DNA of 64,000 nt from a virus: the IMG/VR virus record IMGVR_UViG_3300033143_002031, positions 1 to 64,000 of that record; one strand, written 5' to 3'. The notes under the pieces are model-generated. The model had not been told where the DNA came from. It worked only from the letters and a program-made list of their open reading frames with translations, and made no database searches. This document shows, one piece after another, positions 20,122-29,815 of this stretch (the stretch's first letter is position 1; the number at the start of each line of letters is the position of its first letter). A program made the position numbers and the translations under genes.

Positions 20122-20460
20122 ATGATCGTAACAATGACCAACGTCTCCGGTCGCGCAATCAACGTCCCCGCCGTCGGCGAGGATGGCGTCTCGCTTCCCG
20201 GTGGGAACCACCCCGAGGAGGCCACGCACCGCACCGACCCGCTGCCCTACCCGTTCGCGCACATCGGTGAGGTCGCCATCGCCGGGACCTCCATCCTGCC
20301 GATGCACCACCGCGACTGGCGCTACAGCCGCTCGCAGATGCGCGGCATGCCGATGTCCGAGAAGTGGCAGATGATGGTCCAGGATGGCGTCGTGACGCTC
20401 GGCTACGCGGCGGAGGTCGACCTCCGTGACGAGGAAGACCTCTTCGAGGACGCGGTCTGA
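20122..20460 (+). CDS. hypothetical protein
   Basis: SD GGGAGG; ORF track. Confidence 0.65.
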   Translation: MIVTMTNVSGRAINVPAVGEDGVSLPGGNHPEEATHRTDPLPYPFAHIGEVAIAGTSILPMHHRDWRYSRSQMRGMPMSEKWQMMVQDGVVTLGYAAEVDLRDEEDLFEDAV

Positions 20461-20491
20461 GCAAACTCGGGTGTGACCTGCTCTGCGGGAA

Positions 20492-20824
20492 GTGATCCCC
20501 GAGCCTGGAGGACCGATGACCGACCTACTGAAAGAGGTACGAAGCCGCGTACTGGCCCCTGGTCCGTTCGCTCGGTGGACGCACGAGGCGTCGAACCAGG
20601 CGCGACCGAACCTGCGAAACCTGGCCGACTCGGCCAGGGCGGTCCAGGCTCAGTGCCGCGATCTTCCAGGCGTGGTTGCGATGGACCTTCGCGAGGACAC
20701 GCGAAGGGTTGCTTTCGCCGTCATGCAGAACCTCTACCCCATCGTGGAGGCCATCGACACCGATGCAGGGCAATACCTCGCGCAAGCGACGGAGGCTCTG
20801 CGGAAGGTCGGGGCGGATGTCTGA
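20492..20824 (+). CDS. hypothetical helical protein
   Basis: ORF track; start may be ATG 20516. Confidence 0.55.
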   Translation: MIPEPGGPMTDLLKEVRSRVLAPGPFARWTHEASNQARPNLRNLADSARAVQAQCRDLPGVVAMDLREDTRRVAFAVMQNLYPIVEAIDTDAGQYLAQATEALRKVGADV

Positions 20825-21164
20825 GTTTGTCCTACGGCCGGCTCGACTGCGGGAAGGGAAGTTCATTCCCGACCGTCATGGCGAGAAGGTCGAGATGGAC
20901 TGGACAGGTTTGGTGGAGCGATTCTCTCCGTCCAGGACGAGACCTAGCCTCTTGATCCTACGAGGCGTTCACCCTGGCATGTTCATCGGCACGCGGAAGC
21001 AGGGGAAGGACATTCGGACCTTCTCTTTCGATGCTGCGGGCCGTTCTCGAAGCGCCGCGCAAGTGTTGAAGCAGGACCCGACGTTCGCGTCTTCGGTCGT
21101 GGAGGTGTTCCTTGTGGACACCGTGAGTTGGGACATGCAGCTACAGGAGCTAGGCGCAGCGTAG
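20817..21164 (+). CDS. hypothetical protein
   Basis: ATG 20817 overlapping upstream stop; trimmed from track ORF 20676-21164. Confidence 0.55.
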   Translation: MSEFVLRPARLREGKFIPDRHGEKVEMDWTGLVERFSPSRTRPSLLILRGVHPGMFIGTRKQGKDIRTFSFDAAGRSRSAAQVLKQDPTFASSVVEVFLVDTVSWDMQLQELGAA

Positions 21165-21214
21165 GGGCTGTGATATTCTCGCCCTGATCAAGGCGTCGTG
21201 AAGGAGGCCGAGAA

Positions 21215-21760
21215 GTGGAAAGCTACGAAACGATCATGGGTCTCGTGGAAGAGGTTCGCGACATTCTCGACCTCCACGAGGTAGAGGGTCTCTCCGGGAA
21301 GAAGCGCAAGTCCGTGATCGCCAAGATCAAGGCATCGCATGACCCGGAGAAGCATGGCCCGGACGTGACCAAGCACGTCCGGAAGGTGCTGGGCGCCATC
21401 AAGAAGGGCCACGCCGCGTCGACCCCTCACAACCCCTTCAAGAACATCAAGAAGGGGAAGCACCTCGGCGGGACGTCGAGTTCGGTCGCCAAGAAGAAGG
21501 GGCCGAGCACCACGACTCCCGGCTCCAAGAAGAAGCAGTGGAGGTGCCGCTGCCACTCCTATCACTGCATCTGCACGGGCAAGGGCGCGGAGAACAAGGG
21601 CGAGATCAAGCACGTCGAGATCGACCGGAACTACAAGGCGACCTACAACCTGAACTACAAGAAGTGGCGCAAGGCCCACGAGAAGATCTTCAAGGCGGGC
21701 GGCAAGCGCGGCTTCAAGACGCCGGTCAAGTCCCACCACAAGAAGTATCACGAGGCGTAG
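21215..21760 (+). CDS. very basic Lys/His-rich protein with Cys cluster (putative head/DNA-binding protein)
   Basis: K-rich; WRCRCHSYHCIC; acidic N-terminal VEEVRDILDLHEVEG. Confidence 0.65.
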   Translation: MESYETIMGLVEEVRDILDLHEVEGLSGKKRKSVIAKIKASHDPEKHGPDVTKHVRKVLGAIKKGHAASTPHNPFKNIKKGKHLGGTSSSVAKKKGPSTTTPGSKKKQWRCRCHSYHCICTGKGAENKGEIKHVEIDRNYKATYNLNYKKWRKAHEKIFKAGGKRGFKTPVKSHHKKYHEA

Positions 21761-21776
21761 GTCGTTGGAGGGCTGA

Positions 21777-22607
21777 GTGCCTACCCTGGGGACGCTAGCA
21801 GCGGGGATTCAGAGCGTCTCCGCAGTACGCCGCAGCGAGGTGTACATCACCGAGCTAGGCGACGACGACCTCCCGATCATAGAGAGCGGCGTCCCCCAGT
21901 GGCGAAAGTTCCAGTATTTCCCTGAGTCTGTCGCCGACACCAAGCAGGTAAACTACCAGCCGAAGGAAGTTCCTGGTGGTTCGCTGCCTCTTTACCAGTA
22001 CACAGGCTCCGGCGAGCGGACCCTCGCCTTCACCGCGTACTTCACGACCGACGTCGATCACCTCGTCAATCAGCGCTCGATCGACTTCGACGCCCGCCCG
22101 ATCGGTGGGACCCTCGGCGACCAGACACTTCCTCTCGTTGCGACTCGAACTTCGACAGTCTCGGATGCTGTCGAGGACTCCCGAAACCGTATGGTTGCAT
22201 CGGGAGCCCAGCACCGAAATCCGTTCATCCCGGGGGCGCTTGTGTGGCTCCGGAGGTTCATGTTCCCCCGGTATGGCGAGACTGCTGAGATCGGGGTTCC
22301 ACTGACGAAGCCCCCTCACAAACTCCTGCTCCACTTCACGGGCTCGGAGATCGAACGTCTTGGCGGGGGTGGAGGCTTCAGTGTTGGGGGTGGCGGTATC
22401 CTTTGCGTCATGACCACCTGCGATATCAACATCGAGGCGTTTTTCCCCTCGGGTAACATCCGGATTGCCAGCGTGAGCCTTTCCTTTGCCGAGGTCCCGC
22501 AGCGCGGAGGATCGGTCAAGTTCCCGTCCGCTGAACCCCTCGATACGGTTGCGAACGACTGGTATCAGTTGACCGCGAGCGCATGGAACACTACGAGCGG
22601 CGGATGA
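21777..22607 (+). CDS. contractile tail tube-initiator / CIS tube-like protein
   Basis: FQYFPESVADTKQVNY..VPGGSLPLYQYTGSGERTLAF..F pattern typical of CIS tube/baseplate hub initiator proteins. Confidence 0.6.
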   Translation: MPTLGTLAAGIQSVSAVRRSEVYITELGDDDLPIIESGVPQWRKFQYFPESVADTKQVNYQPKEVPGGSLPLYQYTGSGERTLAFTAYFTTDVDHLVNQRSIDFDARPIGGTLGDQTLPLVATRTSTVSDAVEDSRNRMVASGAQHRNPFIPGALVWLRRFMFPRYGETAEIGVPLTKPPHKLLLHFTGSEIERLGGGGGFSVGGGGILCVMTTCDINIEAFFPSGNIRIASVSLSFAEVPQRGGSVKFPSAEPLDTVANDWYQLTASAWNTTSGG

Positions 22608-23035
22608 CGGCGCGAGAACGGCTCCTGAAGGCCCTGGAAGAGACGTTGGGAGCCCCCAGCCCTCAGAGGTCTTCTGCGGCCTGGAAGGGCTTCTACGGCT
22701 CCATGGGGCAGCAGTCGGTCCCCGGCAACCGAGACGGAGCCCAGCAAGCGTGGCCCTATCGGACCCAGACGGCCGAGGTGGTGTGGAAGCACGCCAGCGA
22801 TCTCATCCCGAAGCACCCTGAGTTGGACGAGAACGACATCCTGAAGATGGCTATCGAAATCTCTGGTGTGGACGCGCTCGACCTCTCTCCCGAGGACTGG
22901 CGGCTCTTGGAGATGGCGATCGAGTGGCGCAAGAACGGCGTGACAGGTCAAACCCCGCCTCGCATCGGTGGTGCTCCGGGAGGCCCGGCCAAGTTCTCGA
23001 CCACTGGCTACCTTCCGAGGCGTGGCGCTCCCTAG
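22604..23035 (+). CDS. hypothetical protein
   Basis: ATGA overlap with upstream stop. Confidence 0.6.
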   Translation: MTARERLLKALEETLGAPSPQRSSAAWKGFYGSMGQQSVPGNRDGAQQAWPYRTQTAEVVWKHASDLIPKHPELDENDILKMAIEISGVDALDLSPEDWRLLEMAIEWRKNGVTGQTPPRIGGAPGGPAKFSTTGYLPRRGAP

Positions 23036-23080
23036 CGCTTGTCGTACAATCCCCCAAGGTGGTAGGTTTCAGGGGGACTC

Positions 23081-23281
23081 ATGGCGATCAGAGCAGTAGT
23101 CGCAGACATCGACAACTTGGAAGCCGAGGCCGAAGCGGCTCCGGAGCCCGGGGAGGACTGGATCATGATTCCGTGCCCCACCCCGACGTACAAGGCCCTG
23201 TCGGATGCGGCAGCGCGCAAGAACATGACGGTGGCGCAACTCTTCGCGCGGTCCATCGCCATCGCAATCGAGGAGGACTGA
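23081..23281 (+). CDS. small protein with possible ribbon-helix-helix DNA-binding motif
   Basis: IMIPCPTPTYKALSDAAARKNMTVAQLFARSI resembles an RHH. Confidence 0.5.
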   Translation: MAIRAVVADIDNLEAEAEAAPEPGEDWIMIPCPTPTYKALSDAAARKNMTVAQLFARSIAIAIEED

Positions 23282-23282
23282 C

Positions 23283-23732
23283 ATGGCTTTTCCGACCGGA
23301 TGGCCCCCGAGATTTTCCAGTGGTAAGCGGAACATCCGCTTCTACATTGCTGCGCTGGCAACGGCAAACTTCTCCGACCGCGCGTACCTGTTCGCCGATC
23401 AGGTCGGCGCGAACCCGTACACCCCCCTGCCGGTAGTTCGGCCCGGCGGGGACGTGTCGTCTCCGGACTATCCGGGGCCGACAGACATCGGCGCCAACCC
23501 AGCCGGAACGGGGCAGCACGGTGACGACCCGCACCCGATGATCTGGTCCGAGGGGATCATGATCATCAACAAGGGGGCGACGCCGATCTACTTCTCGTTT
23601 GATGGCGCCAACATCCAAGGCGAGGTCCCGCCGACCGCTGCCGGCGTCCCGGGGCAGATTTACATGGAGCGCTCTGAGGCTGGCATCGCCATCAACGGCG
23701 CCGGAAACAATTTCGTCGTCTATGCGTGGTAG
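23283..23732 (+). CDS. putative structural protein
   Basis: SD GAGGAGG; Pro/Gly-rich, beta-like C-terminus. Confidence 0.6.
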   Translation: MAFPTGWPPRFSSGKRNIRFYIAALATANFSDRAYLFADQVGANPYTPLPVVRPGGDVSSPDYPGPTDIGANPAGTGQHGDDPHPMIWSEGIMIINKGATPIYFSFDGANIQGEVPPTAAGVPGQIYMERSEAGIAINGAGNNFVVYAW

Positions 23733-25339
23733 CTGTGGCTGAGAAGAAGCCATACACGCCCCCGCCTCTCGGGATGCTGGGCATGAAGCTGGGGCAGGTC
23801 GTTCAGGCCCTTGGCCTCGGCAAGGCCAAGGCGCAGATCGTCCAGAAGGGCGGCCCAAAGCTCAAGCCCCTGAAGGTGCACAAGCCGGACGTGAAGCATG
23901 CGAAGAGCAAGACGCATCACGCCGGACCGAAGAAGCCCGCAGGACCCCCGCCGATCGAGGTCTACCCCTACATCGACTCCGAGACCAAGAAAGAGGACTC
24001 CGGCCTCGTCACACTGAAGATGGCCAAGCACAAGATGAGCGTCGAGAAGTTTGCCGCTCGTCTGAAGGAACTCAGCCTTGGCCTCGCGGTCGGGCACCAG
24101 AAGATCATCACCGGGTACAAGGCACACGTCGCCATCGTGTCCCGGGCGGAAGCCAAGGCAGCCTCGAACGAGAACCCGGGCGCGCTCCTCGTGGGGAAGT
24201 CGTCCCCGCTCAAGCCGATAAAGAAGTGGATCTCATCGGGCTGCGTCGTCCTCGACTCTGCGGACGACCACGACCACGTCTACGTGACCAAGCCATCGAA
24301 CCACTACGGTCCGTGGTGCTTGCCGAAGGGTACGGTGGACAAGGGCGAGTCGCTCAAGCAGACAGCACTTCGAGAGGTGTGGGAGGAGACTGGCCTCCGG
24401 GTCAAGATCATGACGGGGAAGATGGCCTACCTCGGGAAGTTTGAGGGCGGCTACTCGTTCACCCACTACTTCCTGGCGGTGAAGGTCGGCGGGAGCCCGC
24501 ACCCGACGAGAGAGACCGAGCGTGTCGCACTGGTCACGTGGGACGAGGCCCTGCGGTTGTTCCGGTCGGGTGGGAACACGCGGGACCCCAAGGTGATCAG
24601 GCTGGCCCGTCGTGCGTTGAGTCTCCGCGAGGACGCAGTAGAGGAAGCGACCGAGGAGCTACAGATCACGGCCTACCCCTACTCCTACGGCGGAGAGAAG
24701 GACACGGCCCGGATCATCCTGAAGGTGCCGACGAGCCAGGGGACGGCAGAGCAGTTCGATGCCATCCTGAAGGAATTCTCGCTCCGAATGGACTCGAAGC
24801 ACCCGGCGATCGAGACGAAGGCTACGGCCCACGTGGCAGTCGTCGCCCGAGACGACCTCGCCCGAGCGGCCAAGGCTGGAATGAAGGTCCAGCGACTCGC
24901 TATGCAGGGCATCGGGAAAGCTCAGAAGAAGTGGACGTCGGCCGGTGGCGTCGTGCTCGACTCGCTCGAAGGCGAGCCCAGCGTCTACATCATTCGGCCC
25001 GCGTCTTGGCCGGGAGGGTGGGCCTACCCGAAGGGGCAGGTGGACGAGGGGGAGACCAAGCAGAAGGCGGCGGTTCGGGAGGTGTTCGAGGAGACCGGCC
25101 TGCGGGCCAAGATACTCCCCGGCAAGTCCTACATCGGCAAGGGCGAGGGCAGCTACGCCGTCGCTCATTTCTATCTGATGGTGAAGACCGGCGGCAGCGC
25201 GAAACGGACGGACGAGACAAAGGGCATTCGGTTGGTCACGCTGGACGAGGCGGAGCGGCTGTTCCAACAGGTCGGGAACACCCGCGACCTCAGAATCACA
25301 CGCAAGGCACAGAAGCTCGTCAGCCAGCGCGTGAAGTGA
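23726..25339 (+). CDS. tandem double NUDIX hydrolase with basic N-terminal extension
   Basis: Two complete NUDIX boxes: GTVDKGESLKQTALREVWEETGL and GQVDEGETKQKAAVREVFEETGL; start codon uncertain. Confidence 0.85.
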   Translation: MVAVAEKKPYTPPPLGMLGMKLGQVVQALGLGKAKAQIVQKGGPKLKPLKVHKPDVKHAKSKTHHAGPKKPAGPPPIEVYPYIDSETKKEDSGLVTLKMAKHKMSVEKFAARLKELSLGLAVGHQKIITGYKAHVAIVSRAEAKAASNENPGALLVGKSSPLKPIKKWISSGCVVLDSADDHDHVYVTKPSNHYGPWCLPKGTVDKGESLKQTALREVWEETGLRVKIMTGKMAYLGKFEGGYSFTHYFLAVKVGGSPHPTRETERVALVTWDEALRLFRSGGNTRDPKVIRLARRALSLREDAVEEATEELQITAYPYSYGGEKDTARIILKVPTSQGTAEQFDAILKEFSLRMDSKHPAIETKATAHVAVVARDDLARAAKAGMKVQRLAMQGIGKAQKKWTSAGGVVLDSLEGEPSVYIIRPASWPGGWAYPKGQVDEGETKQKAAVREVFEETGLRAKILPGKSYIGKGEGSYAVAHFYLMVKTGGSAKRTDETKGIRLVTLDEAERLFQQVGNTRDLRITRKAQKLVSQRVK

Positions 25340-25367
25340 TCGAGCGAAAGCTCAGGGAGCACGGACG

Positions 25368-25649
25368 ATGGCGTGGTACTTTCTACGGGTCCCGGGGTGC
25401 CGGGCCTTCAACGCAGTCAAGAAATTCAAGCGGCAGGTGGCCCAACTCGGGCGCGTCTACGAGTGTGATCACGGCACAGAGATCGACCCCACTGCCGGCT
25501 GGTACACGGTCAACATCGGCGAGAAGGAGGTTCCGGGTGTTCGTGAGCGCCTGAAGGCTCTGGGTATCAGCGAGCGCGTGGACCACATCGAGCCCCTGTC
25601 GCGCCCTATCGACGGTCGGAGTATCTCCAAGCAACTCGCCTTGTTCTGA
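25368..25649 (+). CDS. hypothetical protein
   Basis: SD GGGAG; ORF track. Confidence 0.6.
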   Translation: MAWYFLRVPGCRAFNAVKKFKRQVAQLGRVYECDHGTEIDPTAGWYTVNIGEKEVPGVRERLKALGISERVDHIEPLSRPIDGRSISKQLALF

Positions 25650-25712
25650 GAGCCCCCGTCAGCTATCCTTCACGCACGTTTCGATGTATGATCGCAACGT
25701 TAGAGGGGGCCG

Positions 25713-26042
25713 ATGAAGGCGCGTCTGAAGGCGTTCTGGAAGCGATCTAAGTGGGTAATCCTGAGCGTTGCCGGGGTTTTGGTCCTGGTCCTCGCCTTCC
25801 TGCTTCGAGGTCTCTTCGCTCGAAAGCTCCCTGAGCGTGACCCGCTGGACCCCAAGCCGCTGCCGCCCATAGATGAACGAGTCCACGAGCGCGTGAAGGC
25901 GGCCGAAGAGGAAGCGACCGTCGCGCGCATCGAGGCCAGGGTCCGGGCGAGCACCGACCGGGAGCAACTGGAGCGCATCTCTCAGGTCGAGGATGGGGCC
26001 GAGCGTCGGCGTCGCCTGGCGGCCATGCTACGGAGGCTCTGA
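25713..26042 (+). CDS. N-terminal TM plus coiled-coil protein (i-spanin-like candidate)
   Basis: WVILSVAGVLVLVLAFLL followed by a charged helix. Confidence 0.5.
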   Translation: MKARLKAFWKRSKWVILSVAGVLVLVLAFLLRGLFARKLPERDPLDPKPLPPIDERVHERVKAAEEEATVARIEARVRASTDREQLERISQVEDGAERRRRLAAMLRRL

Positions 26043-28297
26043 TGCTCTCCGAGACGTTCGCGAGCACCTTCGGGGTGAAGGCCCAATGGACACGGGTTCA
26101 ACGCTCGGACCTGTCCAAGGACCCCGACCTCGCGAAGGAGCTTCTGCGTCTCATCGGCATCGCTTACAAGCCGCTCGGTGGCCACCTGAAGATCAAGTCG
26201 CCCAAGGACTTGACCGGCGCGATCACGTTCATCACGGCGGTAGACGTCGACAAGGACCCCCAGGCGGATGCAACGCTCTTGGGGCGGAAGGTCGGCAACG
26301 CGGTCAAACTCACAGCGCTGGGCCAGGATGGCAGCGCTCTGGCGAAGAAGGAAGCGCTGTCGTACTGGGGCGAGCTACTGCGCCGGGGCAAGGCATACGC
26401 CGAGGTCAGTGGACCCATCGCTCACATCATGCTCACGCGCCACAGCGTGCCTACGGTAGGCGGGCAGAAGGTCGTTGAGCGTGTCCTCGGGAAGAAGGTC
26501 GAGTGGGTGGGAGAGCGCCCGGACGGCAAGTACCCCGGGGTCAAGAACTGGTACCGGCGGAAGATCGGCGGCGGGACCCACATGAAGATTCTCGTGGGTA
26601 GGGTCGGCGGCGCGAAGTCGGGGCGAACGGAGGCTGTGATGGAGTACGTTACCGAGTTCAATCACCTGGCAGGCATCGGACCATCCCTCTGTGAGAAGGT
26701 GGCGGCCGACCCCATGCTGTCGACGCTGGCCAAGGCGTTCTCCGTCAAGGCGGTCAGGCCGGTGGACGTGAAGTTCATCCGCTACCGCAAGGTCGGCCAC
26801 GGCGTCGAGTTGGAGGACGTGGCCAGTCGGCTCGGGGACATCCTCACCTCGGTCGAGTCCAAGGAAGCCGACCCGAAAGCTCTCGTGGCCTTCCTGAAGA
26901 AGCACGGCGCGAAGCCGGCCCCGAAGGTCACGGAGGAGGTCGGGAAGTCGTGGGTGAACACCGTCGTCCCGAAGGTCATCGAGGCCGGCGGGAAGGTGTA
27001 TGTGGTCCGAAGTGTGTCGAAGATCGAGGCCGGCATGGGTATGTCGCGCACGATCGACTCACGCACCGGGAAGCAGTACTACACCCACTGGCTCAGGCTT
27101 CAGCCGGTGCGGGGCAAGAAGAAGCTGCCGGAGTACACCGCGAAGACTCGCACCATCGACGCCTACCTCGGAAGTGACGGGACGATCGGGATCAAGCAAG
27201 GGCGGTCGCACCGGGCCGGCGTCCTCGGCATGACGTTCAAGGCGGTCCACGGCTTCGACGAGTCCCTGGACGAGGCTGAGAAGTCGTCCCCGCTCATTGG
27301 CTGGCTCAACGAGAAGCTGAAGTCGAAGGGCATCCACGCCTGGCACGCCAAGGACATGAGCAACGGCATGTACCATGTGGCCTTCGGCAAACTCGGGTCC
27401 AAGTACGCCGAGGAGAAGTGGGTCGTCGATCCCAAACGTGGAGGGGTTCACCAGATCGAGACCTCGGCGGACAAGGCTTATGCTGCTGTCTTCTCCCTGA
27501 TCAAGAAGGCCAGGTCGGAGATCAAGAGGTCGCCGGACCTCCTGAAGGTGGAGTCGCTGGACGAGGCGGGCAAGACCTCCATCCACGTCACCACGATCAA
27601 GTCGAAGCACGGCGATAGCTACAAGTTCGACGTGACAGGAGAGTTTCGCGGAGACCCGATCCATGTGGAGTCGCTGGCTGTACACATGCACATTGATCGT
27701 ATCGGCTCGACCCTGGTGGGCCACATCCTGCCCGACACCAAATTCCACCGTGAGAGTGGCAAGTCGTTCCCCTACGGCTTCCGGATGAAGATTGAGAAGG
27801 CGGTCCTTGCTGAACTTCTGAAGCTGGCGAAGAAGCATGGCTCGGACATCGAGGAGTCCACCGCGTCGCTGGATGAGGGTAGTCAGGTCGGCAAGACGAT
27901 CCTTCACCAGATGGGCGGTTCGGGCGCTATCGTAGCCATGCTCGGGGGCTCCTACACCTACTTGTCCAAGGGCGTCGGTATCCGCTGGCCGAACAAGCAA
28001 CGCTCGAAGGGCAACTACGTGGAGATCGTGCTCACGCCTGCCGACGAGTACGACGTGACCTTCTACAACATGAAGGGCACGATGAAGTACTGGCACCCGG
28101 AGAACTCGAAGAAGGCGGTCAAGCGATACAAGGGCCTCATGTTCGATCAGCTTCGCGAGATCTTCTACAAGCAAACCGGCTGGACTCTGAGCAAGCCGAG
28201 GGTCCGTATGGCACCAGCGTCGCCGGAGCGTGAAGAGCGGATCAAGAAAGCCAAGGCGGAGCTACGGGCGAGTTGGAAAAAAGCGGGACTCCTCTGA
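26042..28297 (+). CDS. multi-module basic protein with acidic linkers (putative processed head cargo)
   Basis: Linkers FDESLDEA, VESLDEA, EESTASLDEG separate Lys-rich modules. Confidence 0.7.
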   Translation: MLSETFASTFGVKAQWTRVQRSDLSKDPDLAKELLRLIGIAYKPLGGHLKIKSPKDLTGAITFITAVDVDKDPQADATLLGRKVGNAVKLTALGQDGSALAKKEALSYWGELLRRGKAYAEVSGPIAHIMLTRHSVPTVGGQKVVERVLGKKVEWVGERPDGKYPGVKNWYRRKIGGGTHMKILVGRVGGAKSGRTEAVMEYVTEFNHLAGIGPSLCEKVAADPMLSTLAKAFSVKAVRPVDVKFIRYRKVGHGVELEDVASRLGDILTSVESKEADPKALVAFLKKHGAKPAPKVTEEVGKSWVNTVVPKVIEAGGKVYVVRSVSKIEAGMGMSRTIDSRTGKQYYTHWLRLQPVRGKKKLPEYTAKTRTIDAYLGSDGTIGIKQGRSHRAGVLGMTFKAVHGFDESLDEAEKSSPLIGWLNEKLKSKGIHAWHAKDMSNGMYHVAFGKLGSKYAEEKWVVDPKRGGVHQIETSADKAYAAVFSLIKKARSEIKRSPDLLKVESLDEAGKTSIHVTTIKSKHGDSYKFDVTGEFRGDPIHVESLAVHMHIDRIGSTLVGHILPDTKFHRESGKSFPYGFRMKIEKAVLAELLKLAKKHGSDIEESTASLDEGSQVGKTILHQMGGSGAIVAMLGGSYTYLSKGVGIRWPNKQRSKGNYVEIVLTPADEYDVTFYNMKGTMKYWHPENSKKAVKRYKGLMFDQLREIFYKQTGWTLSKPRVRMAPASPEREERIKKAKAELRASWKKAGLL

Positions 28298-28536
28298 TGA
28301 TCTTCACCGAGGCACAGCGGGTCAACCTCCGAGCCCTTGCCGAGAAGCGGTTCAAGGACGCGCGCCAGCACGGCGGCGGGAAAGCTCCTTCCGGGGCGCA
28401 GGTCTCGAAGAAGTTCAAGACGGCCCAGCAAGCCCTCGGAGACCTCGAAGGCGCCTTGCGGTCCTCGCGCCCCGACCTAGCCCGTGACATCGACCACATC
28501 TCGGGCATGGTCCAGGGGGTCGCCAAGAGGATGTGA
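28297..28536 (+). CDS. small basic protein starting MIFTEAQR
   Basis: TGATG overlap; N-terminal motif shared with 30367. Confidence 0.6.
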   Translation: MIFTEAQRVNLRALAEKRFKDARQHGGGKAPSGAQVSKKFKTAQQALGDLEGALRSSRPDLARDIDHISGMVQGVAKRM

Positions 28537-28835
28537 TGGGCTATTCGGACGCGCAGATCATGGAGGTCATGCACAGGCTCGGAGTGAGCCAGCCGGACCT
28601 CCTGCGCGCTCAGACCAGCCAGCGAGCCCTCGATGCCCTGAAGTCCCACCTGAAGCACGCCTACAAGGCCCTCGCGATGGAGTGCCATCCGGACCGCACG
28701 AACGACGACCCGGACAAGGCCGCGCTGTTCCAACTGGCGACCCACGTGGTACAAGAGATCGAGTCCATGGAGTCCTGTCCTGACCCCCGCGCGATCAAAT
28801 GGGCCGTGAGGATACGCTCCCTGACTGTGACGTAG
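28533..28835 (+). CDS. J-domain (DnaJ-like) protein
   Basis: LKHAYKALAMECHPDRTNDDPDKAALFQL contains helix II, HPD and helix III of a J domain. Confidence 0.75.
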   Translation: MMGYSDAQIMEVMHRLGVSQPDLLRAQTSQRALDALKSHLKHAYKALAMECHPDRTNDDPDKAALFQLATHVVQEIESMESCPDPRAIKWAVRIRSLTVT

Positions 28836-28844
28836 GAGACGACG

Positions 28845-29306
28845 ATGGCGAACGCACTCGAAGAGGTCCGCAATCTCATGCCCGGCAGGGGCCACTCGAA
28901 CTGGCGCCAGCCGGAGCCCAAGGAGCAGAGCGAGTCCATCGCCGGAGCGGCCGGGCCGTTCGCAATCTCCGATGCCCCGGCTCCGACCATGCAGGACCAA
29001 GTAGCCGACCTGCTCGACCGCGTGCGGAACCCCCGGTGGGAGTACCCCTCGTGGGCGCTGCCGAAGGTCCATCTCAGCGAGGGTGGCAAACCTGTGGGTC
29101 GCGCCCAGAAGGCCATCCTCTCCCGAGCCCAACAGGAAGAGGGCAATTGGGTAGGCATTTCCGATCTGCCCTATAGCGAGACGGGGGTGGATTTCGGCCG
29201 CACGATGAGCGCGGCTCAGGCGCTCGCGAAGAAGGGCCTCATCAACTACAAGGACTTCGGTGGAGCCAGGGGCGGCTACAAGTTTCGGCTGGCCGAGGAG
29301 CGATAG
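28845..29306 (+). CDS. hypothetical protein, possible C-terminal winged helix
   Basis: SD AGGAGA; TMSAAQALAKKGLINY. Confidence 0.6.
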   Translation: MANALEEVRNLMPGRGHSNWRQPEPKEQSESIAGAAGPFAISDAPAPTMQDQVADLLDRVRNPRWEYPSWALPKVHLSEGGKPVGRAQKAILSRAQQEEGNWVGISDLPYSETGVDFGRTMSAAQALAKKGLINYKDFGGARGGYKFRLAEER

Positions 29307-29516
29307 GTGGGAACGCGCGACGAACACCTGGCGGAGGTGAAGGCTCGCCTCCGTCTTCGAGTCCCCGGCCTGAAGAAATCAATCGGCGCCGGGGACGTTG
29401 TGCGTAGGGCGACTGAGGCGCTCGGGATCGAGCACTGCTCGGGGTGCGACGAGCGCAAGGAACGGCTCAACCGCTTCCTGCGGTTCGAGGCGTACCTGGA
29501 GGAGCAAGAGGCATGA
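29307..29516 (+). CDS. small Cys-containing phage protein
   Basis: GAGDVV..ATEALGIEHCSGCDERKERLN, a recurrent small phage protein pattern. Confidence 0.55.
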   Translation: MGTRDEHLAEVKARLRLRVPGLKKSIGAGDVVRRATEALGIEHCSGCDERKERLNRFLRFEAYLEEQEA

Positions 29517-29812
29517 AGTCGAGTTTGCAAGAGCAGAAGGTGTTGGCCGGAGTCGAGACGTGGGACCGCCCCCAAGTGACTGAGGCCAGGAAGTCGGCAG
29601 GGGCTCACGTGAAGGTCGCCGTCAAGTCCCTCGTCGCAGCGATGGGTGCGTTCCACAGGGCCGACAAGGGTGAGCGCGCGAAGATGGGCGGTATGGACAC
29701 ATTCCGCGCTCTCACTCGCCTGTCGAACGATGTAGCCAAGGTCGGCCAGAAGATGGGTCTGACCTTCGAGAGCACGGAGCTACCATCTCCTCTCGAAGAG
29801 GTGGACGAGTAG
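29513..29812 (+). CDS. hypothetical basic helical protein
   Basis: ATGA overlap; SD GGAGGAG. Confidence 0.6.
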   Translation: MKSSLQEQKVLAGVETWDRPQVTEARKSAGAHVKVAVKSLVAAMGAFHRADKGERAKMGGMDTFRALTRLSNDVAKVGQKMGLTFESTELPSPLEEVDE

Positions 29813-29815
29813 GCG

